59,214 bases of DNA, filler included, from Sphacelaria rigidula (GCA_964200075.2; 7 parts of 7 records of this genome joined end to end with filler, not necessarily neighbours in it), one strand, 5' to 3'. Counted from the whole stretch's first letter, positions 1 to 12,393 are shown. Program-made: numbers and translations. Notes: generated from the sequence alone by a model not told the origin.

Positions 1-53
1 AGCACCACGCACCCAACACGCAGTCCGCCCTCCCCCCCCCCCCCCCCCCCTCG

Positions 54-625
54 CCTGGTCCGGCGAAAACCCGGCGTGCTCCGTCCCAGCTTCGTAGGGA
101 CGAACCCCCTATGCGATCGGCGTCGGTTAGCGACGACGCTGTAAAACACGTCACTCACTGCGTAAGCTAGGCAACCAGGTTACCGATTTTTCTTGCGCGC
201 GTGCGTTTTTTTCGCGTGACCATGATGGTAGTCAAGCTAGATCGTTTTGTGCGGCGTGGGAGAGCCTGAACTCCGCACAGAGGGGATGATCGTACCACGT
301 CGTATTCAAATGGTAAGACACCCGTGAGGCAGTGTACAAACCGTGGCTGTCTCTAGAAGTGGCGATACCAGGAAATGAAGGAACTCATTGGAGGCTGTCA
401 TCCTGATGCAAGATGATCAGTACGCTTCGGGCCGAGCAACCTTAGCAAGATGCAGCTCACCCTTGATGCGACTCGCCGAACACACCGCGGCGCATCGCTT
501 GGTGATTGACTGCCAACCTAGTCTGGCAAAAACCCGGCGTGCTCCGTCCGGGCTTTATAGGGATACGAAGCCAATGGTCTTATTACTACGGCATGCATGA
601 TCATGAGTCCCAATACACCCCCACT
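54..625 (+). mobile_element. Interspersed repeat family A (SINE-like, non-coding, poly(C)-flanked), near full-length copy
   Basis: Aligns by eye with 7821-8142, 16793-16848, 33105-33600 (minus), 42447-43031 and 56350-56390 (minus). Internal direct repeat CTGGTCCGGCGAAAACCCGGCGTGCTCCGTCC near ~55 and ~520. C tract at 27-50 before it and C-rich sequence after it. Confidence 0.8.
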
Positions 626-2258
626 CTCTCCCCCCACCAGCCACCAACTCGCCCCATCATCGCCCACCATTCACAGCCAGNNNNNNNNNNTTGTGCACAC
701 ACGCCCCCACTTCTCTTCCCTCCGCGCTCCGCACACTCCCTCCCCCCCCCCCCCCCCCCCCCTACGGTATTGCTCCTAACAGCCGACCTTCGTCCTGCCT
801 CTCTCCGGGGTTACATTTCGTCAAGTTAATCTGTCGCGTATGTACCCTCCCCCTCAACCATGCCACATCATGTCATTTTGCAACTTATCACGCCAATGGG
901 CGTTGTGAAACTCAAGACTCAGACGTTGATTCAGAAAATAGTGACATGAAGCAAAATACGGCATCGATCAACTGACGTTTCGTCGAATCTTCCTTTATCC
1001 GCGCCAACTAGCCTGCAAAATGTTGTGTTGGGGGATATTTTCAATCAATGTACAGGCTGTTCGCATCCTCTCCCAGTAATTGCTGTTGTGGTAGAGGCTC
1101 GAAGGCGCCGATGCTGACGGTAGTATGGCGTGGTGGCTTGTAATTTTTCGAAATGCTCGCATGCGCGTATGTGTGTCGCTATGCTGCAGTCATTGGGCCC
1201 GCCGAAGAAGAAATCACATAAGGAGACGTCCAGGGAGAAGCTGAAGGCTAGAGCGCGGGTGAAGGGCGCGAACGGGGGGGGGAGCACGGGGGCAGGGATG
1301 ATACCGAAAAAGACGACGTAAGTTGTTTGCTTGAGATTATTTTGCCCGATGAAACACAGCTCTGGAGGGTAATGTTCCTAGTTGGAGCCATAGCTCAGGC
1401 AAGCACGTTCGCTCTGAAGCTCCTAGGCCCACCCTTTCGGAGAGCGCGCAGGCCTCGTTGTTCTAGTATCTATCCAAGGTCTGAGACGATCCCCCTCGCT
1501 TTTTTCACCGGATCTGCGTATCAGCTGTGCCTCATCTGAATCTATATGTTTGGCTGTGTGCGACGGTTGTCTCCTGCAATTTTTGGAAAACCGTGAGTGA
1601 GCTCGTGGTATTTCTCAGTACACCCGCGACTTGTAATCTGGTGCGATCGGTTTGAAGGGTGACAGCGGAAACAGCATTCCGAAATATTGAAAATATATCG
1701 AGCACTTTCACTCGGTCGGTGTCTGGCAGGAAATACCAAAACCTCATTGTCCAAAAAGTACCGCAAAGAGCTGGCCAAACGCTCGGGCAGGGGTTTGGCT
1801 CTGGATGGGATAGTATGCAATCCGCTTCGAAACGTTGAAGGCTCTCGGAAGCGGGGTTTGATCAAGTAAGCACAAACAATAGGATTGAGGCCAGAAGCGT
1901 CGATTGAGCCAACATACCGCGACAGCCGCAGTGAGAGGGATATTTTGGCCTGTGATGTACCGGCACAACGGTCCGGTGAGGGTATGTGCTCGTTGCTTTG
2001 TGCAAATACAGGTCGGCCTCACGTTGATACCCGTTGGTGTTGGTATGCTTACTGTAACTACACGGAAGTTAATTGGCTCCGCGAACAACAATGCCTCGAC
2101 CTTCCGGGAATGCCTGTTGTATCGCCGCCCTCAGAATGTTCGCCGCGCAGCTCTGTACGGTATCTTGTATCCCATCCGAATCGCCATAATTGTTGCTCAC
2201 GCGGTGTGTTGACTTTCAATCGTGAACGAATAACGCGCTGCTTCGCCCGCCCGGACAG

Positions 2259-5249
2259 TGCTATGCTGCAAAGGGAAGCTTCTTTGGACAGCCAGCTGCC
2301 GCCGACGGCAACGCTGGAAGACTACAACAGTAGGGCCATGTCCAGAGTGGCTCAGAGACTGTCCCGACAAGATAGCGGCAGTGTGGCAAGCTCACCCGGT
2401 CGAGGAGATCAGCAGCAAGCGTGAGTTGGCGTCAGTCGGGTGAACACATCCCGATCCTCGTTGCCTGTACCGCCTAGTTTTGATAATCTCGCAGGTCTTG
2501 CACGGTGGAGTCGCGACCATCTGGAAGCCGAACATCCATATGCTAACTTTTACTTTCCGATCTCCCATATTTTCAGCGGTGCTGCTGAACACACGACTTC
2601 ACCGCGTATACCCGTCCTTACGCCGATGCGGGTGTCCCCAAACTATCTTTCCCCTACTCACATATCGCACGAACTGGCCCTCGCGCGTTCGTCCGTGCCC
2701 CTTCCCCGCCTCTGCCTCACGTATTCGATAATCACTCTCGCCAACATACGATTGAAACGTGTCACTGAAGTGATGGTAGGCGCAGAGGCATCGGCGACGC
2801 TGGTGGTGGTCAAGGAAGCGCTCCCGAGCTGACGCGGTCAATCTCGACTGACTCGGCAGACAGGGGGGGGCTCATTTACATGGAGCTTCCCGCCCAACCA
2901 CCCACAACGAGTCGCCCGGAGGATATCAAAAACTTCCACGAACACATTGCTTGGCATGAAAACACACAGATGGTGAAGATACGCCAGCTGAGGGCAGGGT
3001 CGCAGCTTGGAACCGGCCGTCGAAACAGTCTGTGGGAACGGCTGAACGCTAGCACCGCAACCGAGAACAGGTTCATGCGCCGAGTTATTAGTGTTATTCG
3101 ACACACGCTTCCTCCCTCGCGCGACGGCGAAGCGAACGGCGATGGCGACGGTGGTGGTGGCGGCGGCGGCCACGGCGGCAGGCGCGGTGGTGGGCGCGAT
3201 AGTGGACGCGACAGTAGACGCGACGGTAGACGTGACGGTAGACGTGGCGGGGGCGAGCGAGAACGAATGGAAGACAACCATCGCGGAGGCGGCCACAGTA
3301 GTGGGAGAACGTTTGAGGGAGGCGGCGGACGGCCGGAAGGAGAGGCAGATGGGCAAGGCAAGCCCCTCTCGCCCTCGGTCGGAGGAGTGCAGGGATCTCC
3401 ACCGCGCCGAACGCGCGACGGCTTGAGTCGGGCGTTCTCAGAGTCACCACGACAATCAGGGCGTAGTGCCTTTGCGGGAGGTGGGCGTAGCAACAGCCCC
3501 GTGAAAGGAAGGGGCCGAGGGCCCGGCGGTGTCGGCAGGAATAGGTCAAGGCTTTCTTGCTCGGGTAATGACTTTACTCGGGATCGCTCCAACAGCAGCT
3601 CCAGCCGGAGTGCGAGTCGGGAGCATGAAGGTAGGGAGAACCAGATGTCGGTTTTCAATCCCGTGGTTCCTGCTCCTGCCAACACGAGGGATGCGGAGGC
3701 TGGGAGTAGACGCACGAACCCATCAACGAATCAACATGACATTGTGGGCACTTCGGGCCGACAGCTGTCATCGAGCTTTGCAGAAACGCCGACCACCGCG
3801 AATGCGGTCTGTTCGGCTTCTGCGCCGTCACCGCCAGCAACGGTGACCGCTGTATCTGTGGGCAAATTCGGTGCGTCGTCTCGAGAGGTGCTATCTGTAC
3901 CCGAAACGGGTGGTCGAAAGGTTGGGAGTTCCTGTGAGACGTCCGCTGCGGATATTGGTTGTTCCGCGGGCATCGCCCCGAAGGGAAAGGCTTTAGATCC
4001 GCGTGTAGCTCCAAGAACGCCAGCGATTTCCATGGGTGGTGTGGAAGCACTCAGTAGGAGGCAAGCGGTCGACATCGAAGAGCGCGTCTCTGCACCCCCG
4101 TCGCCACCGCCACCTCTGCCCCCCACCCCAGAGCCATCGCCAGCAGCTGTTTGCCCCCCGAGCGTTGGCGGCGAGCAGGAAGACTCGGATAGCGATATGG
4201 TAATCGATACTGACGAAGCGCCTCCAGCCGCCGCAGGGTCTCGGCAAGCAAGCGGCGATTCAAAAGTTACAAAAGCCCCTTCAGCCATTGACATAGGGAG
4301 CAGCAATGGAGAAAAACCGGGTGAAGCGGGGAGTGTGTCGCGGCACCCATCTACAAACGAAATGCAAGCACAGCCTTCGCAGCCTGGATGCATGTCCTCT
4401 TCCCCAGCGTCCATGCTGCCGGTGACCAGTGCCTCTGCGGCTTCATCCACCAGCATCCCAATACCATCAGCAGCGCCGATTTCAGCTGGCTCATCTCCAG
4501 CAGCCTCTGGCGCGCCTACTGCAGCCTCTGGCGCACCTCCTGTCGCCGCTCTTCACCATCCAGGTGACCCAATGCCAGTAAGCGACGGGACTTTGATCCC
4601 GGCTGCTCCAACCGTGGCCACTTCTCAGGCGGCACTCTCAGCGGCACCCGCGACCGCGTATGTCGTACCCGCCCCTGTAAGCACGATGGCTCCGGTGTCT
4701 TCACCGGCCCCAGTCTTACCTGTCCAGGGGCCCGCCTCGGTTGTTTCCCAACCCCTGTTGATATCTGCCCCCCAGCCGGCGCCACCACCAGCTGCAGTGT
4801 TACCGAATGTTGAGCCAATCGAAAGGGCACATGCACAACTGAACGCAAGGCGGGCGCACGAAACAAACGTCGAACCGATAGAGAGGGCGCATGCACAACT
4901 AAACGCGAGGCGTGCTGGACAGGTACCGACTCAGTACAAAGCTGCTGCGCCGGGCTCACCTCGCGCTTACAGGCCCGGCGGCAGTAGTAGCCAACGAAAC
5001 CCGCCCGCTTACATACCAGGAGGGGGTGCGGCAGGGTCCAATCGGAGAAGACCGCCGTCAGCGGGAGTAGGCGGGGTTGTGCATCAGACGGAGCACGTAA
5101 GTCAACACCAGCCGCATGAACAAGTGTGGACGTGGGACCAACATCATCTACACTCCTCGCCGCCAGGGGTTGGGGGCTACGGTGACTACAGGGGTGATCA
5201 GTGGCATGGTGCTGGACCTCAACGTTACTGGTCTGGTGGCCACCGTTGA
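2259..5249 (+). CDS. Orphan low-complexity (G/R/S- and P/A-rich) protein; exons 2259-2420 and 2771-5249, further upstream exons likely
   Basis: 789-aa open frame (2880-5249) extends in frame back to an AG acceptor at 2769-2770. Phase-2 GTGAGT donor at 2421 joins in frame. The duplicated NVEPIERAHAQLNARRA differs only at synonymous sites. A K-rich NLS-like candidate exon lies at ~1190-1317. No recognisable domain. Confidence 0.7.
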
Positions 5250-6822
5250 TATAGTGACAACAATGGTTGCCTGTGACCCGGGTTGTCGATGATACGACGT
5301 AATCTTGTCTTCATGAGGTCGTACGCATCTTTAGAGTCGTGTTGTGGGGAGACAGTTTTTTTTGTTGTTCTCAGGAGAAGTTGTGAAGTGTACTAGTGTG
5401 ACGAGGGGGTACAAACTATATGTTGCTAAAGTACTTGCGAGTGAGAAAATCGATTGCGTTTACATGTGTATGGATGATTCCGCACGGTGATCGATGTACA
5501 GAGTCGGATTGATTGAGTGGTATCGCGTTGATGTGGAACGGCTGCTCATTCAACTCAGTGAGTTGATGGCCGCCGGCATTGTTCTGCTCGTGGAGGGAAA
5601 CTGACCACAAAAGCAGCGCACGTGTGAGTATATGTATTGATTGGTCGCTTAGCTCTCTTGAGTGTGGCGTCTCCTGATGAAGGTTCGGTGACATGCCAGT
5701 GTACGTGCGCCATGATTAGTGAGCGGTCGGAAGGCCTATGTTTCCTTCATTTGCGTAAGTCTTGGGAATTCGGGTGCGCTGTTTGGCCTTGCGAGGAAAG
5801 TCAACATCATGCCCACTAGAGCTGGGAACGCCCGCGTCTCGCGTGACCAGCGTCAAAGTGTTTGGGGTAGGCGACGCTCGTGGGACAAGGGCGGGAGCGC
5901 CTCGCCGCGATCAATCGGGTCTGGTTCGAAACGTGGTCGCTAGAGGAAGGGTATCCAGAGCCACGCGGGAAGAGCGTAAACACTGAATACGCTACCTCGC
6001 CTGGCGATACTCACCTGACAACAGTGGTGATGCTAGTTCTTTGTTGAAGCATAGTCGACTGTGCAGCCGAAATGCATGGCACCGTGTTGGGATTGGAGTT
6101 ACGATTGGTAGCAAGCCCTGATCCGGGTCCTTATTTTGATTTGTAGTTTCTTGGTGTACCCGCGTTCCTCTGTAGATGATATTTGCATACCCTGGTTTGG
6201 GAGAGTGTGCCGAGTTCGGTGATGGTGGTTGATGTTCAACGAGGCGGTTACGGTTGTGCTGGAATAAGACAGCCGTTAGGTGTCGTGTATGAACTGTCAG
6301 GAGTGCTTTTATAGATCCATAAATGGGTTTACTGTCGCCCTGCGCCCCTCATTTTGCAGGTCTTTACACCCGGGGGCATATGAAAAACTGAAAACTGATC
6401 AAGGTAGGATCCGATTTTGCATGCATGTATGTGGTCCTGGAAAAAATGGTCCCTCGGTTGATTGTTGCTGGGTTGTTTGAAAATATAAGGAGTGGCCTTT
6501 TGGGGCCTCGGGCAATACAGCGACATGCTATCTCCCACAAAGCGTCTTCTGCGTGTTGCCACAATGTTCTCTGTAGGTTTCATTCGATTGTTCAGGCAAC
6601 AGGTAGCGGTCATGACTTAAGAGAGGCAGACACCTGTCGGATAGTCCCCATGATTGTTGTTTCTGACGGTGGAGAGTGTAGCTTTAATTCGTTTTCATGA
6701 CAACCTGGGACATGAAATACACTTGAATATTAGCACTGGGTTTTTGGCGCACGTGATGAGTGATAGAAAAACCTGTGTGTACAGCGGACTACTCTCCTAT
6801 GTTTGACTGCTGTCTATCTGCC

Positions 6823-7241
6823 CTGAACACGAAATTTTACAAATTGGGGATGAGGACCCGGATAGTTGAATCCTTCTCATCCACACCAAATGTTCCAAAT
6901 ATGGTTCCATTTCTTCACTTTCTGGTAGCTGTTGACAACTACCTCACGCCACACGAATTTGGATTTCGACAATCGAAATGTTGTGGTCCTAGGTCAAAAA
7001 CCGAGTTGGGGGAATTCAGGTGATTCGATCGGACGCCAAAACTGGTTTTTGACCTAGGACCCCAACATTTCGATTGTCGAAATCCAAATTCGTGTGGCGT
7101 GAGGTAGTTGTCAACAGCTACCAGCAAGTGAACAAATGGAACCATGTTTCGGAGATTTGGTGTGGATACGAAGACTTTGATTCTCCGGGTTCTCATCCCC
7201 AATAAAAATTCCATCCCCAAGTTGTAAAATCCCTTGTTCAT
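6823..7241. repeat. Long inverted repeat / foldback (~180-200-bp arms, 41-bp loop)
   Basis: 6922-7002 is the reverse complement of 7044-7124 with one mismatch in 81 bp. Looser pairing extends outward to ~6823 and ~7241. Confidence 0.92.
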
Positions 7242-7820
7242 GCCCCTTGTCTCACTATATTCGTGATGGGGATGTTGTGCAGGTCCTGCTACTGTTGCGC
7301 TGCGTTACAGTACCCACCCGCACCGCACGCGGAATTCGTGCTTTTAAACGGCAACGGGCTGCCCGTGCAATCATGGATGGGTCCTACCATCTTCAACACC
7401 ACTTGTGCCGACGCCATGTGACTTTGTGTATTAAAAGTGTTGAATGCGATGAAACAACAATTTTTAGGATGGATTGTTGAAGAAATTAAGCACGAAGCAG
7501 CAGCAGCTATCAAGCTCGTGGATAAATTGGTAGACTCGCGATCCGACAACGTATGTAACGATGTAACGATGACAATTGATTACAGCTTGCTCGTTCCAGT
7601 GAAATATAACACATACATACTGCGGCGAAAACGTGAAAACACATCGGCAGCTCGCACACCGAAATAGTCCGCTTCTCTCGGGATGTACGGCATCACGAGA
7701 TCGGGGCATCACAGCAAATTAACAGGCAATCTAACGGTACACGAAATGATTATTTTGCTACACCCAAGTACCCATCGCCTCACTATTTTGGACCTCTCAG
7801 GGGGGGGGACTCCCCCGCCC

Positions 7821-8142
7821 AAATGTAATGGTAAATACCCATGAGGCAGTGTGGAACCCGTGGCTGTCTCTGGAAGTGGCGTTACCAGGAATGAAGCAAC
7901 TAATTAGAGGCCGTAGTTCATATGCAAAATATCAGTATGCTTCGGGCCGAACAAGCTTGGCAGGATACAGGTAGGTCATCCTTCATGTGACTCGCCGAAC
8001 ACATTACGCCGCTTCGCGCTTGGTGATTGAGTGCAAGCCTGGTCCGGCGAAAACCCGGCATGCTCCGTCCCGGATTTGTAGGGATGCAGGGTCAACGTTC
8101 ATACGACTACGGCATGCAAGATCATGAATGCACCCCCCCCCC
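7821..8142 (+). mobile_element. Repeat family A, 3' half, ending in poly(C)
   Basis: Homologous to 310-625; ends GACTACGGCATGCAAGATCATGAATGCA followed by a C10 run. Confidence 0.8.
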
Positions 8143-8374
8143 TTAAACGCCATACAACACGGGATTTTACAATTTAACAGTGGATCCTAAAAAATGGAGT
8201 TCATCTAAAAAATGAGGTTGAAGTGGCATTTCTCCTTTGCAGGAATGACGCGAAACACTTACTACCGAGCGAAGTCACATTACCCCCAAATGTCCGCAGC
8301 AGTTAAAACAGCCGATCATCTATGTTGAGGATGGTGCTTTTCATTGAGGATGAAAACCCGGAGGATTAAAATCT

Positions 8375-8474
8375 NNNNNNNNNNNNNNNNNNNNNNNNNN
8401 NNNNNNNNNNNNNNNNNNTTAATTAATTAANNNNNNNNNNNNNNNNNNNNNNNNNNNNNNNNNNNNNNNNNNNN
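8375..8474. other. Artificial contig spacer (N44-TTAATTAATTAA-N44)
   Basis: The same 100-bp linker, with stops in all six frames, recurs at 16849-16948, 25323-25422, 33796-33895, 42269-42368 and 50742-50841. Confidence 0.98.
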
Positions 8475-11190
8475 TCTGATACACCCTTGCGTTCTCGAGG
8501 CCACTGCAACCATGCCTTTGCAATTTGTTGCTGTTTGCCTCTGAATGCGAAATAGCGAGGGAGTCAGCATCAATCACCAAACCCAGTACTTCCAATCGTG
8601 TGTTGTATCCAAGGCCGACATTTTGCTTTTTGCATCAAACAAGGCTCACTCAGAAAACGAACATGACCATAAAATAAGGGTCTCGCCCCAAACATCATTC
8701 GCCGTCTGGGAAAAACACTTCCACCAGTATACCGTCATCAACATAGATGCACATGCAAGGATGACCAACCCTACCGCCACCCTCCCGGAACTGCCTTACC
8801 GTTCACGGACAGAGTGGCAATGCGCCCCTGTCGCCGCCGTGCTATTTTGACAGACTGAGCTTCACGACGGCCGATGTCTGTCACCGCATGCGCGGATATA
8901 AGAAGGGGATGTTGGTGTACGAATATTCGAAGGCAGCCGTCATCAAGCCGTGAAGTCCAGGACTGCTGTCAGTTTATTTGATTTGGTTCGATTGCCGCAA
9001 ATTAAACGACCCCCCCAAGAATTGATTTGATTTAATATAATTGCCGCAAATGAACCGAACCCCCAAGATTTGATTCGATATGATTTGATAGCCGCAAATT
9101 AACCGAGTCCCCAAGGATCCAATGGCGGTTACATGATAGATATATCCGAGACTAAACAACTGAAACACTTGCTGAAGAAAAGAGGGGGAACAGAAAAGGT
9201 CGGACAGAACAACAGAGGAGACTTGAGCAGCTGCGCCGCCCGAATTCTAAACACAGGTAGCCACAGCCACAGAGGAGACTGAAACAGCTGCGCCACCCGA
9301 ATTCCGAACATAGGTAGCTACAGCCATATCCCCGAATGCACAGCCGCAATACGCGGCGCGTGCCGAGTCCACAGCACCTGGCGAAAACGCCCCTTTGACA
9401 TCGAGTACAGTATACTAATCACAGTGCGCGCTGAGGGGCCAAATTTTACCGCAAGGACACAACAAGTAGCAGGACCTGGTACACTACCCGCCTATCTCAC
9501 AAGGTAGTTCCTGTAGAAATTCGGGGTCCGCGTCAACACTCGTGTGCGGCGATGAACCAGGGAAAAGGTGCGATCGTAAATGATACGCAATATATGGTGC
9601 ACTACAACCCCCAATGTGGAGACACGGAAAAATTTAAGATCCAAGACCCGCCTCACGTCAAACGCCAGTGCGAATGCCTCATTCAGGCGCACACGCCATC
9701 ATATGTTCCACACACCCTAACGTGTAGGTCAAATTCTCACATGCCATGGCATCAATGGGTATCCCCCGTTGTGACACACACACCAACAGACAAATTCGAG
9801 GAAACCTCTTCCAGTCGCGGAACTATGGACGGGTGCGTTGCACATCCACCTGAGACCCAAATAAGCCCTTGCCTATACGGGTGACCATCATCTCAACATC
9901 ACCGTCATACATACGCAACAAGGTAGCCTGGTGAGGTGCGGGACGGCCGGCATTTCACAGTCAGGATACGCAATTGTCTTTCCATACCTTTTGAACACCC
10001 CGGCAACGCCGAAACCACCATCGACACGTACATCCAACATACCAGAATACAGGCGAGCCATAGAACCAGGCATCAGCAGCTCACTGTTATGGCGATTGCC
10101 TTTGCTGCCGCCCCTGAGCGCCACGCGCCACCTCCAGCGGGAACGAGAGCGGTACGACCGGCGAACCGGACTCGCAGTGTCCATTATCATCCCAACCAGC
10201 ACCTGCAAATTCGCCCTGTCGTCCTGAATCTGCAAATTCGTCGTGCCGCGTAAGCGCCGGGCTAGCGCGCCAGGCTACTCTCATTATGCAGCCGGCTTGC
10301 CTGACGGCACCACGGCCGGACGGCGTAGCTACGCCGGTGCCACATCATGATACATGCGACCTGCTGTAGCCGCTGGTGTAATAGAGCCAGCGCTGGGAGG
10401 CCAGCCGGTTCAACACTCCTCGGTCCAACACGTTCTTCACCAGACGAGCCGCCGCGTTGTTCGCGAGCTGGATCACTGCATCGCCAAGATTTCTACACCT
10501 GCATTGGTATCGTCAAGTTTAGTCTCGGTCCGATCGACGCGGCTGCCCACGTTGTCCAAAAGTCGTTCAGTTCAACAACCTGCTTATCCAACGCGATTGT
10601 CCGACGTACCACTGCTGTAACCTCGGTTCAACTCGACACGATCCGCCTTGCTGGCAAAGAACTGTCAACACCTGGAACTGACGCAGAACTATCCCCATGT
10701 ATCAACTCCATGAACGCAGATGTGGGATCCTTATAGGAGGGTAGACTTGGGGATGTGTCGACTCTTTCCCCCTAACGTTGTGTTTGCCCTGTCCGCCCGC
10801 CCCGGGGGCCTGATTTAGCGATTCGGTGATGCCGTCCTGATTTGGTGATTTGGTGATTTGGTGATGCCGCTTGTTAAAATCTCAGACAACATCGATTCGC
10901 GATGCTGTCACCATCTGATGGTCGCACCACACCCGTCTCCCGTATCTCATAAACTTCGATTTCAACCCAGACACCATTATTGTCACTTCATCGTGGATGC
11001 ACTTGCCCTTGTATCATACTGCTTCTCCCACACTGAACTGACTCACTTGGTTCATCACACAGGCAATTTTGCATGTCAATGTGTTCTGAAATGGCTTCTA
11101 GATACTGCAACCACTATAAACATCTGGGAAAATTCTTCCCGCTTCTGCACAAAATATCGATTCTCCCTTAACACAGAATCGAGCCTTTTG
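8475..11190 (-). mobile_element. Decayed DIRS/Ngaro-like retrotransposon, downstream unit (leader + RT, cut by contig end)
   Basis: Minus-strand RT remnants: LRIIYDRTFS (~9570), LDVKGAF (~9390), EFGWRS (~9290), CIYVDDGILVEV (YVDD at 8734-8745), RLEVLGLVID. Frameshifts and stops present. Direct-repeat homolog of 13619-16363. Confidence 0.8.
8974..9290 (-). mobile_element. LINE/SINE 3'-tail fragment (family C) inserted in the DIRS RT, terminal ~48-bp unit triplicated
   Basis: Same sequence at 14120-14450. Homologous tails at 55255-55400 (minus) and 36055-36115 (plus) carry GGCTGGATCCCT...(AAATC)-like ends. Confidence 0.6.
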
Positions 11191-11747
11191 TGTAGTTGCT
11201 TTCGAATGTTGTCACATTATGCACTCCCGCCCCCAACCCAGCTTGTGGGGGGTGGGTAGGGAAAACCTCATGAACAACCCGTTCAAAAACAGTGTGACTC
11301 CTCACGTATCCGACCGTTGGCTCCCATCTGGAGATTGCGCTGAGCGCAGTCGCACCAGCCTCCATAAGAACCTAAGCCGACGCGCGGATACAACATGTCT
11401 CCCCTTCGCTCTCCCCCGCCACACCACTGCAATCTATTTTGTAGGGGCAAGATACTTCCATGCACATGTGACCGACAACTTAGTCTCGGCTCCAATTCCG
11501 GCATCCAATCCTCTTCGTTGACACATGACTGTACTACTCTTGACATATCCATTCATTTACCGTATGTTACCGTATCCCATTCATTGCCACTATTTTGATG
11601 TAGCATTCATCATGTAACTCGGCGTCATGAGCCGCCTTTCCCCAATTACGTCTCTACTCGTCCCTCTAATCCGTGCCCTGACCAGGCTACTGATCCCACT
11701 TCTACGCCTTTCGGCGAAAGCTTCTGATCCCAAACCGCAAATAGCAT

Positions 11748-12393
11748 TTACTCGTACCTTATTTGCAACATCCTTAGGGTCATTCCTGCTACGGACAAGT
11801 GTGTGGTGCCACCAATGCACAACTCTGCAGGCGTTAGCCCAGCCAACACCGCTACTTGCCGCAGCGTAGTCACCGCATCATACCGAGTCCATATCAGAGT
11901 TCCCCCGTTGTCCCAAACACGTCGACGCAACTGCGTCTTTCCCCCATAAAATGCCAAATCATTTCTACGCACAGGTTTACTGGGTGATGGGAATGAAACA
12001 GGATGGGCACACATCCCGTGTGATCTCGTCAAAAAGAAAAGGAGGCATAGATACACAACTACAACACGTGATTACCCGGGCCCCACGGAAGGGACAAATG
12101 TTCCCCATCCAACAGCACCGACAATGAAGCGGCCGCCAAAGTCGTTGCTATGTTCCCATCACAACGCGCTCACGTTTCAATTCCATTAACGTATTCTTAA
12201 TGAACGAATATCCCTGGTACGCTCTCGCAGATGACCGCGCAATGGCATTATGGACGAGCCCGAGTCCAAACGCCTGAACACGGAGGCCTCCACTCTGTCC
12301 TGACGTCCTGCATATGCCATTGAATACCGGGACAGAGGGACAAAAGGTTAGCGGAAACACCATCCATGGGCCACCACAAATTTCTTCAGCCAC
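11748..12393 (-). pseudogene. Tyrosine recombinase remnant of the DIRS-like element
   Basis: GLTPAE-LCIGGTTHLSVAG resembles the (H-S)LRIGGAT box-II region with the H-S-L part deleted; several frameshifts. Confidence 0.65.

Noticed and set aside
2838-4959. Long minus-strand ORFs (279, 241, 172 aa etc.)
   Set aside because: Antisense shadows of the GC-rich plus-strand ORF, whose frame is supported by synonymous-only divergence.
8419-8430. TTAATTAATTAA as a biological motif recurring every ~8.47 kb
   Set aside because: Always embedded in N44 runs; it is a six-frame-stop assembly linker.
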